Source of the DNA: Moniliella sp. 'wahieum'
Taxonomy: Eukaryota
Direction of reading: 5' to 3'
Assembly (NCBI GenBank): GCA_003971905.1
Contig: RSEE01000034.1
Location: 62,001 to 126,000, forward strand
Length of the DNA: 64,000 bases
Positions 25,042-37,228 of this stretch are shown in pieces. The notes under the pieces were generated by a model. It made no database searches and was not told where the DNA came from. It saw only the letters and a list, made by a program, of their open reading frames with translations. The position numbers were made by a program, and so were the translations under genes. Position 1 is the stretch's first letter. Every line of letters begins with the position of its first letter.

Positions 25042-25919
25042 AACGTACCACACTCAGGGTGTTCATACAGCCATGGCGAATTATTCGCGACATGGTTCAA
25101 GACAATGTCAGTCAAAGATGCGATCCCCCACTCTGTACGAAGCTTCCTGAGCCAGGTTTCGATTGTGGCAAAGCGCTCGTCGCGGGTAGCGTGGGCTCCA
25201 GCCTGGGCGTCAAACAAATCGGGGCTAAAGTCGAGGGGATTGGCCAAGGCGTAGGGGCTGTTGCTGACGCCACGCACCTGGAGGGGCACAAAGTGGATCA
25301 TGTTAAAGCCAGCGTCACGTGCCAGGTCGAGATGGGGCGCCCACTGGCTCAGCGAGCCAGCCCACTTGGAAACGAAAGACTGGAGCACAATCGCGTCCTG
25401 GGACAGACGGACTGGCTCAGCGCCGGGTTCGAGATGCGGGTCGAGCAGGTCGCCGTCGGGGCTGATAACAGGCGAGCGGGCGGGGAGGGTGATGAGCGGG
25501 TCGACGTTAAAGAAGCCATGCTTGCTCTGGGACCGAGCAGAGGCAAAGGGGAACAGAGCCGTGTCGGGCGCAGGGTAGGGCATGCGCTCGAGCGGGGCGG
25601 CATGCTCAACATAAAACTCAAACACACCGGGGGTGTGCACCCAGAGATCGACGACGATGGGCTTGGTGACGTCGGTGGGGAGCGGGACGGGGTGGAAGGT
25701 GGTGCGGCTGAAGGGCTGGCCGGGGGGCGGGAGGGAGGTGTAGAGGATGCCTTGGCGGCAGGCGAGGCCGCCGGCGTGGATGCTGAAGCGCAGCACGTAC
25801 GGCTGCTCGGGGGGCGGGAGGCGGACATAGCTCTGGCTGGGGGCGGGGCTGCCGTCGCCGGCAAGCGCCAGCTCGAACACCCGCACGGGCGCAGGCGGCA
25901 CAGGCACAGGCACAGGCAT
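20600..25919 (-). CDS. GDB1: Glycogen debranching enzyme (4-alpha-glucanotransferase / amylo-1,6-glucosidase)
   Basis: GFNMIHFVPLQ..SNSPY, DIVLNH, SWGDCVKLRYG, GLRIDNAHSTP, DLTHDNE, AGLPFF..WGRDV, PRYNCRD, NYHNGPEW, GLPELTN, QAWS. Intron 24948-25048; one frameshift near 23150-23190. Confidence 0.97.
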
Positions 25920-26936
25920 GGGCGCAGCAGAGGGGAGGTGGTGGGGAAGAAGGAGGACGTTATAGAGCGACGGCGATGCTGGGGCGATCCCGCGGGCGGT
26001 GCGAACGCAGTGTTCGATAGCGCTGGCCATCGGCCGCCGGGCAGGGGGGCGCTGTGGGGGAGGGTGCGACATGCGGCCGCACTGGCCGAGTGCCCCGCTG
26101 CGGCGGCGGGATGCGGCCGCCCGGTGGGATGCACATGCGAGACAGGCACACCGCCCGCCCGCCGATCGTGTGCTGCGGGGAGCATCGGTGATCGCACGGG
26201 GCCTGCACGGGGCCTGGGGCCGTCACTTGGCCAGGATAGGTCGATGGTGCTAGGTGTCCCGGTGCCCAGTAGCCCGTTGCCTGTGCCAAGATACAAGTAG
26301 CCAGCTGCCCGTTGCTATGTCCCCATTTGGCCTTGGCGGAAGTTTAACGTTTACTTGTTCTGGTCCGTCTCGTGGGCATCCTGCATCACACGTCTGGTGC
26401 GGGGAGCCGCGCAGGCCCGTGCGAGCGTGGGCTACACTGGCGCCACGCAGCCTCTGCCCAGCATGCGTTCCGCTGGGCACGTTGGTCCGCTGCCCCGAAC
26501 GCCGGTGGGGACGGTGAGACGGTGAGCAGGAAAAGGACAGCTGAGCCTGCTGAGCTCAGCCAGGCTCAGCCTGCGGTTGAGCCTCAACGCTCACTGGCTT
26601 ATCCCCTCTTCCTTCCTTACAGCACTCAGGCAGCCAAGAGACGCTGAGGCATAGCAAAATGCAGGTGCCATGCCGTCCCACTCCATGGACTACTAACAGT
26701 GATGATACGCAACAGGATGCATGACCGGCATCATTGATTGGCTTCTGCCGCTCCAGGCTCCAATACACTACCATCGGATGTTACATGTTGGCGCTTAGCG
26801 CTTAGCGGCTAACACCCGAACCATGGCTGACGCCCCCTCCCCGTCGTCCATGGACCACATGGGTGCCGTCAGATCTCAGACGAACTCGTGCGGGTCGTTT
26901 AACATTGGGGCGGGGGGCAAGGCGCTCAGCTGAGGA

Positions 26937-27060
26937 CATCGTGATGACCAAACTCTCTCTGGCAGCAACCACTGAGATCCTTTGCCTCAGCCGACATTGC
27001 ATAGATCGAAAGCGGATGTAATGCCAGTGATATACCCACGAAAGTAGACAGACCTGATGA
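26937..27060 (+). ncRNA. Candidate box C/D snoRNA or other structured ncRNA
   Basis: Box C GTGATGA 26941-26947, D'-like CTGA 26972-26975, box D CTGA 27054-27057, and internal hairpins with C-GAAA-G loops. No convincing target identified by eye. Confidence 0.3.
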
Positions 27061-27363
27061 ATGCAAGTCCAACCCACGTCCCTGCCGGGGTTGAAGCGCA
27101 CAGCCAGGGTTCCCATTGAACCTTCCGACATGGGTTGGACAGCTGGACACACACAAGTCAAAACCATTGCAATTGTATTCGCATACAAAGTACTCTCTAA
27201 CCAAGCCGAGTGCACCAGCCGGTCGTCATCGAGGGAAAAAAGTACTGCGTGCCAGACTAGAAAATTCCCTGTTGTCCAAGTGGATGTGCTGGCCCAAGTG
27301 GGCCAGTCGCGCGTCGTGTCGCGGGGACCCACCGACACCTCCAACTTCCGTCCAGGACAGCAG

Positions 27364-27953
27364 CTAGTCGTACACATGCACAAGTGCCGACCAAAACGTC
27401 CACCACAGCACGTAGGACAAAAAGTTGTCCACCAGGCCATCCAGAAGGAGAAACTTGCCCCAGGCCCAAGCTTGTGTGGCCACACCAGGCGGCACAGCAG
27501 CCAATCCCTTGACGAGGTTAGCTGATGCGTTGACCTTGACGCGAATCCCATCCCACTGTACCGACGCTGGATCCAGCAGGTAAGACGATGGGTCTCCCTG
27601 GGTGGCTAGGAGGATGATGGATAAGGAGATGGCCAACTGAGCCACGAGGAAGAACCCGAACCCAGCAAAATTGGTCAGGCCAAGCACGCCCGCAGCAGAG
27701 CCAGCGACGAGCAAGGATACTTGTCGCACACTACCAACGAAGATTCAGTTAGCGTCAACCTTCGGGCCGGAAACATGTCGGGCCTTCACAACGGGAACGA
27801 GCGAGGCGGTTGCCCAACCAGGAGAGGGACGTACAACGAGAGTTGCCGTTCATTGTGGGCAACGGCCTCCGGGTTAAAAGCACGGAAGGGTGAATCAAAA
27901 ATAGCAGCGGGAGTCCCAGCTTGGTTCTGGCTTGGATCAGCTGCGGTGGCCAT
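27364..27953 (-). CDS. EMC6: ER membrane protein complex subunit 6
   Basis: EAVAHNERQLS|FVRQVSLLVAGSAAGVLGLTNFAGFGFF..SYVLWWTFWSALVHVYD; intron 27731-27834 (GTACGT..GCTAAC..TAG) restores frame. Confidence 0.9.
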
Positions 27954-28873
27954 GGCGATGGGGGGGAAGAAAAGCGACTGGTGGAGGTGGGACCGCTCTT
28001 GCGATGTGTGCCGGCGTGGCACCAACAACCGGATGGCCAAGCTGGAATATGGGGTTTTGTTTCCTTTTTGGTTTCGATTTTCTGATGCGCATTGCCGACG
28101 TGGCGTGTTAGGTAAGCGGGGGCTGTGACGTGGCGGTGATGATGACTTGTCCAGCTGGCGCCGTGGCAGCAAGCACGGGGCCACTCAGCCTCACCTCTCT
28201 GCCTGAGCGCCAAGCTGCCATCGCACAGCACCCTTTCCTCTCCCCATCTCTGGGTGGGGTGTGGGGTGGGTACAAACTCAAGAGGGCAAATTGAAGGATC
28301 GCGGTTCAGAGACGAAAAATATATTTACTTCTACGGGAACTGGAGGTGCGCCAACTCAACACAGAACCTAAGGAACACATCCACCTCACCTCCTACGATT
28401 CATCCGAGCTTCTTTGGGACCGATACTCCGGGGATCCCCTCTCCCAGCCTTCGGGAAGCCAGCGCGCCTGTCCGATCCTCAGAGATACTGCGGGACGGTT
28501 ATGAACCACTGCAAGAAAGGTGCTCCGAGATAGCAACGGGGGTGGCAATAATGGTACTCAGAACTCACTCCACCGCTTACGCTTAGTAGTATCAGGGTGC
28601 CAGCCTGCCTACTCGCCTTGTTGTTCCAGCAGCGCAAGATCACACGAGGACGGATCTGCTGAACGCGCCCAGTTGGCACACTGTGACCTTGCATAGCCCC
28701 CACGTGGTCTGGCAGCGGCACAAAAGGTGCTCCTCGGCCTACCTATGACACATGGGCACCGGAGGTTCAACATGAAAACCTGATTGGACGGGGGTGCTAA
28801 CAGGTATGAAAGAGGGTAAATACGGTTTTGGGTCCGAGGAACAGGGCCCAGTTTGCAGTTCTCTGCTTTGAAT

Positions 28874-29918
28874 TTACACCAGCAAAAGCACACCAGCAAG
28901 CACGCCTCCGGCCAAAGCTGGGAAGGTGAAGTGGCTGCTACTCCAGAATGACGCAGCGGCCGAGTGGGACTCTGTCGCCGACGTGGAGGTGGAGTGAGCC
29001 GAGCCGAAGGAAGGAGTGTTGGAGACTGATGACGATGCGTGTGCAGACGAGACTGGTGCAGAGGACGTGGGAGCAGAGGCAGCCCCAGCCCCACTGCCAC
29101 TAGGTGTGGAAGCACCAGGGCTGATGGGCGCGGTGGGACTCGGGGTACTGACAAAGTTGCTACCCGAACTGGTGGTCGCCGTTGGGGCGCCTGAGATGGG
29201 TACTACCGAAAACGCCGCACTGGGGTTGGTCCGCGTCAAATTGTCAAAAATCAAAACGACGTCAGTGTAGGATTGCAGACTGGTGTTGCTCATGCTTGTG
29301 ATGCTAAAGCTGTAGTTGCCAGGAGCGTAGGTGTGTGGCAGGATAAAGTCGTATGCGCCGCACGTCGTGCCCTAAGAAGACAAAGTGGGAAGTGGGGGGG
29401 GGGGAGGTTAGCAGGTCAGGATTACAGGAAGGTGGTAGGGCGCCGAGCGGAAAGGATACATACTTCGACGACAGTGCCCAAGCCAAAACCGGCATCGCAG
29501 TACCCAGGCTCACTTGTCCCAGGCACCGTGGCAATGTGGTAGGCTACATTTCCGCCAGGGTTGTGGACCAGATCAATAGAAACGTTGCCTGCTGGGGCGT
29601 TGAGCCAGTTGACGGGAATCGTGTCGCCCCAAGTGATGTTCTGAAGGAGGTAGGGGAGGGGGAGGGGGGGTTAGGACCATTCCGAACGAGGATTACGCAG
29701 AAGGCAGAAGACGTACAATGGTACACTGGAAGAAGTCGCAGCTGGGTGAGTTGAGGTAGAGAGGGGTGTCGGGACCCTGAGCTTCCTGCCGGCGCACAAG
29801 CGGCACGCCATACTGGTTGACGGGGACGCCAGGCAAGCCCATCTCGGCCGGCTGGGCAATGGGCGAGGCAAAGGCGGCCACTGCCAGAGAGCACACCAAC
29901 AGCGATGAGCGAGCGCAT
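28874..29918 (-). CDS. Secreted Ser/Thr-rich, probably GPI-anchored cell-surface protein
   Basis: Signal peptide (one indel), small Cys-containing beta-rich domain (ITWGDTIPVNWLNAP..YCDAGFG..TCGAYDF), S/T-rich stalk and hydrophobic C-terminal tail. Introns 29641-29716 and 29372-29463 splice in frame. Confidence 0.8.
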
Positions 29919-30873
29919 AGGGAGAATGGGGAACAGGACAGAGTTGATGGGGATCGTGGTACTGAGAACAGAGAACCAGATCCCGAGTCCGCTGCGATTT
30001 CGAGGCTCTGAGAACCTGTGCGAGCAGCTTGCGACAGTAAGCCAGCCGTCTGCCGCACCAGCCCAGTCACGGGCGTTCACTGGGGCTGCCGCTCGCGACA
30101 CTTGCCTTGCTCGGCAGGTGTCGGCAGGGGTCGGCAGGTGGGCTGGCGGACACTGCCGCCGTGGCGGCAGTCCTGCCCGGCAGTGCCGATCCCCACCTTT
30201 CTCTGCAGACGATTCCAAATCACGTGATTTAATAGAGCGGGGGGAGCCGCCAGCCTTAAGGTCGTTCGATGGTGGACAGAGTCTACCGAGTGTATAGTGA
30301 TAGTGAGGCCCTGATGGCAGGATGGCCTCATGGCCTCAGGCCTCAGGCCTCAAGGCCTCATGTAGATCTTTTCTTTGATTCGTCCTCCACAACCCCCGGC
30401 GTCTCCGTCGGCAACACTACACTTTCACAGTCTGTTGCCTACTTTTGTCTGCACGCGTCATCTGTGATTTGTGACTACGCATCCGTCCACCACAAAAGAA
30501 ACAATATGACAACGAAATGGTATTGCTTTGCTGTCGAGCGAGGGCGACTACGTATCGAGGGATTGTTGCGTATATACGTCTGCTGTGGATAGCCCAAAAC
30601 AGTCGTCTCGGCAGCACAGTGCGATCAAGAAAACAATATAGGAAACAAGGTCAACGCGGGACATGTGGTAGGTAGCTCGGGATACATGGGACGAGCTGTA
30701 GAAGGTTGTACACTGTTGGGTACCAGACTGCACTGAACATGACTCCACAGAGCGAGGCGAGGAGGGCGACGGAGGAAAGGATGTATGGGTAACTTCAAAG
30801 TTACAGATCTCTTCGGCCGACATTACTCCCTTCACCCTCCGTGCAGTCCAAAACGGAAAATGAGGCCCGCGAG

Positions 30874-31971
30874 CTAGGCTGCTGCCTCGACCATCTCGGC
30901 CGGGAGAGGGGCTAGTGGTCCCTCTTCCTGGGCAACATTGTCGATATTGTGGAAGTCAAGGATCTCCGAGTACATCATAACCTTCCACGTGTCGACAGGC
31001 AGGTCGGCATCGTTGAAAGACCAGTCAAATGGCTCGTCGGCCTCGGGCTCGTCGGTTGGGTCGTGATAGGGTGCAACGTATGGGTGTTCGAGTGCCTCGG
31101 CGGCAGAGATGCGCGTGCGCGGGTCAAAGACCAGCATGCGTTCCAGTAGGTCCAGTGCAAGGGGGTCGGCGGTAGAGAAGCGGTGGCTGAAGGGGACGGG
31201 TTGCCGTTTGGGCAGGCTCTGGACAAACCGCAGAGTGTTCTCCGAACAGATGGTCTGGATCACCTCGTCTGGTGGGCTTCCCAAAAGTTCGGTGATGGTG
31301 GAAAACTGGTTGACATGATCTTTGCCCGGGAACAGTGGTTTGCCCTCCAACATCTCTGCAAAGATGCACCCAGTCGACCACACGTCCACCGCCACATCGT
31401 ATTTTTGCCAAGTTAGCATAATCTCGGGTGCACGGTAGTAGCGCGTCGAGACGTAGCCTGTCATTTGTGGGTCCTGGATCCGCGCCAGACCAAAGTCACA
31501 GATCTTCAGATCACAATTCTCATTGACGAGAATGTTGCTTGGCTTTAGGTCGCGATGCACGACACCCGCCGAGTGGACGTATTTGAGGCCGCGCAGGATT
31601 TGGTACAGGAAGTACTGGACAAATTGTGTCTCGAGGGGACGGGAGGTAAGGAGGCGGTGCAAGTCGGTGCCGAGGAGTTCGGTGACAAAGTACAGATCCT
31701 CGAGAGGCGAGATGAAGATGTCGGAAAGAGAGATGATGTTTTCATGGCGGAGATGCTTGAGCAGCTTGAGCTCGCGGTAGGTGCGCTTGGCGAGCACAGG
31801 CGTGCTGAACGGCTTCATAATCTTCTTGATGGCCACGCTAGTGCCGCTGAGCTGGTCTTTGGCTGAGCACACGAGGCCAAACGCACCCATGCCGACTGGG
31901 TCGAGCGACACGTAACGCTGGGTGATCTCAAAGACGGTGCCGAAGATGGAGAGCTTGACAAAATCGTCCAT
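30874..31971 (-). CDS. HOG1: Stress-activated MAP kinase Hog1 (intronless)
   Basis: [48 protein letters not shown] (TGY), YHDPTDEP; uninterrupted 365-aa ORF. Confidence 0.99.
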   Translation of the reverse strand: MDDFVKLSIFGTVFEITQRYVSLDPVGMGAFGLVCSAKDQLSGTSVAIKKIMKPFSTPVLAKRTYRELKLLKHLRHENIISLSDIFISPLEDLYFVTELLGTDLHRLLTSRPLETQFVQYFLYQILRGLKYVHSAGVVHRDLKPSNILVNENCDLKICDFGLARIQDPQMTGYVSTRYYRAPEIMLTWQKYDVAVDVWSTGCIFAEMLEGKPLFPGKDHVNQFSTITELLGSPPDEVIQTICSENTLRFVQSLPKRQPVPFSHRFSTADPLALDLLERMLVFDPRTRISAAEALEHPYVAPYHDPTDEPEADEPFDWSFNDADLPVDTWKVMMYSEILDFHNIDNVAQEEGPLAPLPAEMVEAAA

Positions 31972-33599
31972 CGTGTGCGTCTGCTGGAAGAGGTGGAGGA
32001 GGGAAAGACCAGGAGGCGGGAGAGAGGGGCGGGAGGGCGAAGCGAAGGAACAGAGGCGGCGCGTGGGGGCTGGGGCAGGCAGCCGTGGGGGCTGGCCTGG
32101 GGAGACCGGTGGCGGCTCCTGCCCCGGTGGTAGCTAGCTCGCTATGCGGACTGGCTGCGTCAGGCTGCGTGCGGGCGAGTGTGCTGCTGCTGCGGAGCCC
32201 GATCACTTGGTGATCGATCGATCACTGAGCCCCATCGATCATCGCTGCCTCATGCATCGCACGCGCCGCAGCTGCCCCACACGAGCCAGCAGCGGCGGCA
32301 GGGGGGCAGCCAGGGCAGCCATGTCGTCATCGGTGCTCGCCAACCGACACATGTGACGTCACGCCAGCAGCTGCGTCCATCGTGGCTGCGCTGGTGGCCG
32401 CCGTGCTGCATCGCCAGCCACGCAGGCCATCAACGGCGGCGTTTCACATTGCAACTTCAGCGTTCGTCCATCTCATCGACATGGATCCCTGACTCGGTCT
32501 CCTCAGGCCATGCCAGGCGCTGCTGGGCCTACTCTCTCTGCTCTATGGACGGTCCTCAGTACTTGGAACTCACGACTCACTGCCAAGCGCCATACAAACT
32601 GGGTAGTGCAATATACTCATTCGGCCTCGGCCTCAACTCGTCTGGGCAATTCCATGTGCCATACTGCCCCCGTGAGAGGGTGCGAGCTGGGATGCATGGA
32701 GAGTACAACGGGGTATATTTTAAGCCTGTCCCTGTCAGGATGGATGCCTCCTCAGATCTCCGATCCCAGATCTCATGCAGCATGTGATGGGACCAGAACG
32801 TCGTCGTCGTCTTCGATTGCATATCCGTGTCCTCGGTGGTCTGGTGCGTCTGCCTAATCGGCGCCTCGGCAATCGCTGTTCCGCCTGTGCTCGTGCCGGG
32901 CGACGGACTTAGAGGCAGCGACGAGCGTGTGTGGAACTGGCCCCGCACCGCCCTCAGATCATCGATCGACCACGACCACCAGTCCCCGCTCGGCCTGTGA
33001 CATGTGACGGTGCAAGATGAGGATCGCCGTGTCGCATCCTTCCAGAGCCCAGTCCTACCCCAACACCTGACTCGCCTTCCTTCCCGAGCATGCCAGAGTC
33101 CAGTTCGCCGTCAAGACCAGCAATCACAGCCCCGGCAGCGTCACCTTCGACTGCCTATGCACTCCCAGTTGTTTCTAAAGGTGCGAAATGGTGGTGCTTG
33201 GCTTTTTGACCACGCAAGTTGAATACACTTCGAAATATATAGGCGGTGGAACCACCTGAGACGCGGGGGCTCCCCACTCCCAGCCTTCCGAACGAGAACG
33301 TATGCTTCGACTGCTCAAAAATGCATCCGCATGGGTATGAACCACAAATACAGTGCTCGGATAGCCCTGGAGGGGTCACACTCTTGACGCGTACTCCCGT
33401 CGAGCCAGTTACACGGCAGTATACTTATACTGGAGTCATCCTACAGATCACGTCCATTTCATTGACAGAGCTTAAGGCTGGGACAGGGGGAACGCTACGT
33501 CTAAACCTAACCGTTCATCTTGCGGGGGTTACTTGGAAGCGCCACTAAGGTCAAGGAACCAGTGGGATCGCCAGGATATCAGGACCCTCCGGTTCAGTC

Positions 33600-34795
33600 C
33601 CCATCCGGTCCCGTACCCTAGGAAGCGCGTGTGGAACGGAGGAACGTGATTGACATCCGAGCGAGGAACCATTTCCACTGAGACTTATAGTATCCAACTC
33701 CTTCCAATGCGCAAACAACTTGCCCGCCGTCTTGGTGCCGTAGTATCCTCGCGTCGTCAAAAACAGGGGGAAAAACGGGTCTTGAGTGCGTCCCTGGTAC
33801 TTGGCGTTCTTGTCGCATTCTGCTTGTTCAAGCAGCCAAAGCAGCTCCTTCTCCCGGCGTTCCAAGGGGGTTGCGGTGCTCTCATGCACTACCCTCCGGA
33901 ATACGCTCTGCGCCTCCAGCGATCCCGTGTCGCGCAGCGTGTGGTCTACCTCCATTCCTGATCCTCCAAGTGCTCCGGGCCCGGTAGTCTGTGCGCTGTG
34001 TCCTCTGTCTCCTGCCATCCTCTTCCTCCACAATAGGTTCGTTGCGGACGTGGGTGTCGGGGATGGAGCGTAGGAGCTGGAGAATGGGCTCCCTCACTGC
34101 CTCATGCAACGCACCAAACTTGGCCTGGGAGCGGGTGCAAGACATGATGTGCTCCACGAGGACGTGACGCCGCACTTGCACATGCTGCGCGTGGTGCGGC
34201 ACAGCGTTCGGAGCTGGAGACCAACCTGGACCTGCTGGTCAGAGAGCTTGAGGTACGGGACGGATGGAATGGCGGAGAGCCAGTTGTGGCTCAGCGGATT
34301 GCTGTGCTCAACCACATGGCGACCATCGGCAGCGTCCAGCTTCTGGAGCAGCTTCTGTCGACTTTGCTCCCACATCTCCCGGCAGCGCTGGCGTTGCTTC
34401 GTAAATGCGTTGGCCGTAGCCGTTTGCGGTCCCGCTGGGTCAACATAAATGCCAGTAATAAGATAGTCGTTGTCCTCGTTGGCCGCGGCACGGGCGTGGG
34501 GCGCAATATATGAGTAAAGTGGGCTGCCACATCCTCCCATCCGGAGAGGCAGGCTCATGAGCATGTCGAAGTGGTCGTCCTTGGCACCTTGGGGGTCCTC
34601 GTCGCCCCGGATCCGTCTGAACTCCGTACAAATGAAGGCATCAATCTCGGCCAGCACGTCGTCTAGCTCTCCTTCCATCTGCATGGTGCGGAGCAGGTGG
34701 CGCAGCTTGGTCTGAGTACTGAGCCGCCATAGTAAGAGGCGTCCCTGGCGGGTAATGCCATCAAACTTAGGCATGTTCTCCCTCAGACTGGCCAG
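33600..34795 (-). mobile_element. 5'-truncated, degenerate non-LTR retrotransposon of the CRE/Cnl1/MoTeR type (REL endonuclease)
   Basis: Post-RT region KLRHLLRT..LPLRMGGCG..WLSAIP..LSDQQVQVGLQLR, zinc knuckle CKCG..EHIMSC, HEAV..EP..RTD and K..KY..FFPLFLTTRG, spread over three frames. No RT core is visible; boundaries approximate. Confidence 0.8.
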
Positions 34796-37228
34796 TTGGG
34801 CCCGGAGTCACGATCGACGACAGTCTACCCCTCCCACACAAGTGCCCAGAACCTGCAGACCATCCTCCCGAATCTAGCGTTCAGGTGTCTCTCTGAGGGA
34901 TACACCAGAGGGAGGGCCGGCTCGCTGGAACCCACCTCGCTGCGCGTACCCTTATTACTAGTAGTCCCCGGCGGTGGAACCGTATATGCGGCGCTAATTT
35001 CGGGAACGACGGCGATTCCGAGTAGGTTCTTCATGTACTCACAGTGGGTGTGAACAGAAGCAACGGCCAGATCCAAGCGAGCCTCAAGAGGCAGGTGGAT
35101 CACGCTATCCAGGGCGACAATGCTGCATACGACTGGAAAAGCACCGCGGCCGCGGCGCTATGGACTCCATCGTCCAACAACTCTGCTGCTCTTGTGTCGC
35201 CGACATGATCAAGTTCGAGATAAATGCGGAGAAGCCGCCCATCCACACTCGCTCATGCCTGAAGGGAATTGCTCTCCTGAAGACAAGGGTCGGGATCATC
35301 GAGTTGAACCAATTCGTCGCGGACAATCTGTACAGGAGGAGCTTTTTGATGTGCCTGGGCCGTGTCCCTGCCGCAGTTTGAGCAGTCAAAAGGACCAAGA
35401 TCGGTGTGGTGCAACAATCTCTCACCGAGACAAGGATCTTGGCTGTTCCCAGCTCGGAGACTGTGTCAATGTATGGGCATAGTATTCAGCACGTCTGCAC
35501 CAATAAGTGCAGGATAGAGCAAAAGACGGCCAGAAAGTACTGACGCGCAACTACGAGAACGACCCAGTCATGGGGAGGAACGAAACGAGACAGTACTTCA
35601 TCTCGGGGGCGTCTCACGTGCACATATGCCAGACTTGAGGATTAGCTGGAAGTCCCCCGAACTGAGCGCCAAGGCGCTGAGCAACGACGTGGCCCAGAGA
35701 TGATTGCAACGAACGGTGCCATGCACATCTGGGGCGCGCGCGCCAAGAAGAAGACACCTGCCGTGGTCGCTGTCGTAGGAGAGGGCAAGAACGACGACTC
35801 TTCGGACAGTGATAGTGATTGGTGCGAGTATCAAATGGACATGAATTGCGCGATGAGGATGAGTATAGATTTGGTGTCAGTCGTCAGTCGTCAGTAGCCA
35901 TCAGGCCATAGGGTGGTGCGCATCCCGGACCCATCAGCCCGAACCCCTCGAGACGTGAGATGCGGCCATGGGCGGCACTTTGATATGATGCGCATGCGCA
36001 CATAAGCTTCTTTGTGGCGTAAGTAGTATCCTCTTCGTGTCGTCATAACCACTGTGGAGAGAAGAAGTGTTCTTGGATATTCAGCCTAGTGGGCCCAACA
36101 GGAGCAGGCTCAGAGCCACGCAGCTATTGTCGCCGTGGCACAAGCATGGCAATAGCAGGTGACCATCCGCACTCTGCCCCGCCCCTTACCTCCTCCCCTC
36201 CATGAGCGCACTGTCTCCCATTCCACGCCGGCCGAGCCGGCCCAATCCGATGTGTCTTGCCCTGTCGCAGCTCCCCTTGTGGAGGTCGGTTGCCCATTCC
36301 TCTCCGGTCCGCTTGATCTTTGTTGATGACCGCGCAAACTGGTGCTCTCCTGCGCCTCACGGACCGCCAGCATTGAAGTGACTGTCAATGTCAACTTACT
36401 TCCTCTTCCCCAAATCGTCTGCACTAAACGGTCGTCCGTGCATCCTCACCTCCTCTGCCCCCCAATGACATCGACGCCGGGTCGGTCGGATCGCCCTCAC
36501 ACCCTCGTCCCACACAGATTCCCATATTCTTGCCACCTAGGTCGCAAGTTCGCCTCCCGCCCCCACCATGCACACACGTTGGCCCACTAGGACCCCACCA
36601 CTTGGTTCGGACCCGTGCCAAAAAATCCCCGTGGGCGCGCCGCCCGCCAGGCACACACCGGCCTACTGAGGAGGAAAAGCCAGATGCTCTCTCGGGCTCA
36701 GCTGTGTGGGGTTCATGATTTGACGCTGGGCGCCTTTCTCTCCTCCGCTCGCATTGCTCAAACCGTAGTCTAGGACTGACGAACCGAAGGCGGACGCACA
36801 CCCTCGCACGGTCAAGGGGGCAAGGGGGCAAGGGGCTCCACGCTGGGCCTGGGCGCGGCGCCGCTATTGATCGTGTTTGCACATAAGCTCATCTGAGCTC
36901 GTGGCATGTGACATGGTGACACCTGCTGGCTGTGGCGGATGATAAATGGGTACTGACGCTGCCTGCTGGGCTGAGGCTGGTGTGGTTTGGGCAGCACAAA
37001 CGGCCGCTTAATTCGTACGCAGCCCTGACTCGTCCCAGTGCGACTGAATCGCGTGGCTGAGGCTGGCAGCGGGGCCGCACGGGGGCAGTGGCGCAGGCGT
37101 GCGGTGCGGCGTGCATGATGTAATTGTTCATTGTTACTTGCGTCTACTGCAGGCTGGGGCCTGCTGGCTCGTTACTAGTTACTAGTTATTGGCTGCCTGG
37201 GCGTCGGCTGCTGCCACCACCACCCCCC

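Noticed and set aside
21380..26300. Long antisense ORFs (e.g. 21380-22375, 25059-26300; also 49666-51012 and 51069-52373)
   Set aside because: Shadow ORFs expected opposite GC-rich coding genes; no recognisable motifs.
26960..27060. TPP riboswitch (CTGAGA, TAATGCCAG, ATACCC, ACCTGAT fragments)
   Set aside because: The fragments are in the wrong order for the TPP aptamer and no thiamine gene is adjacent.
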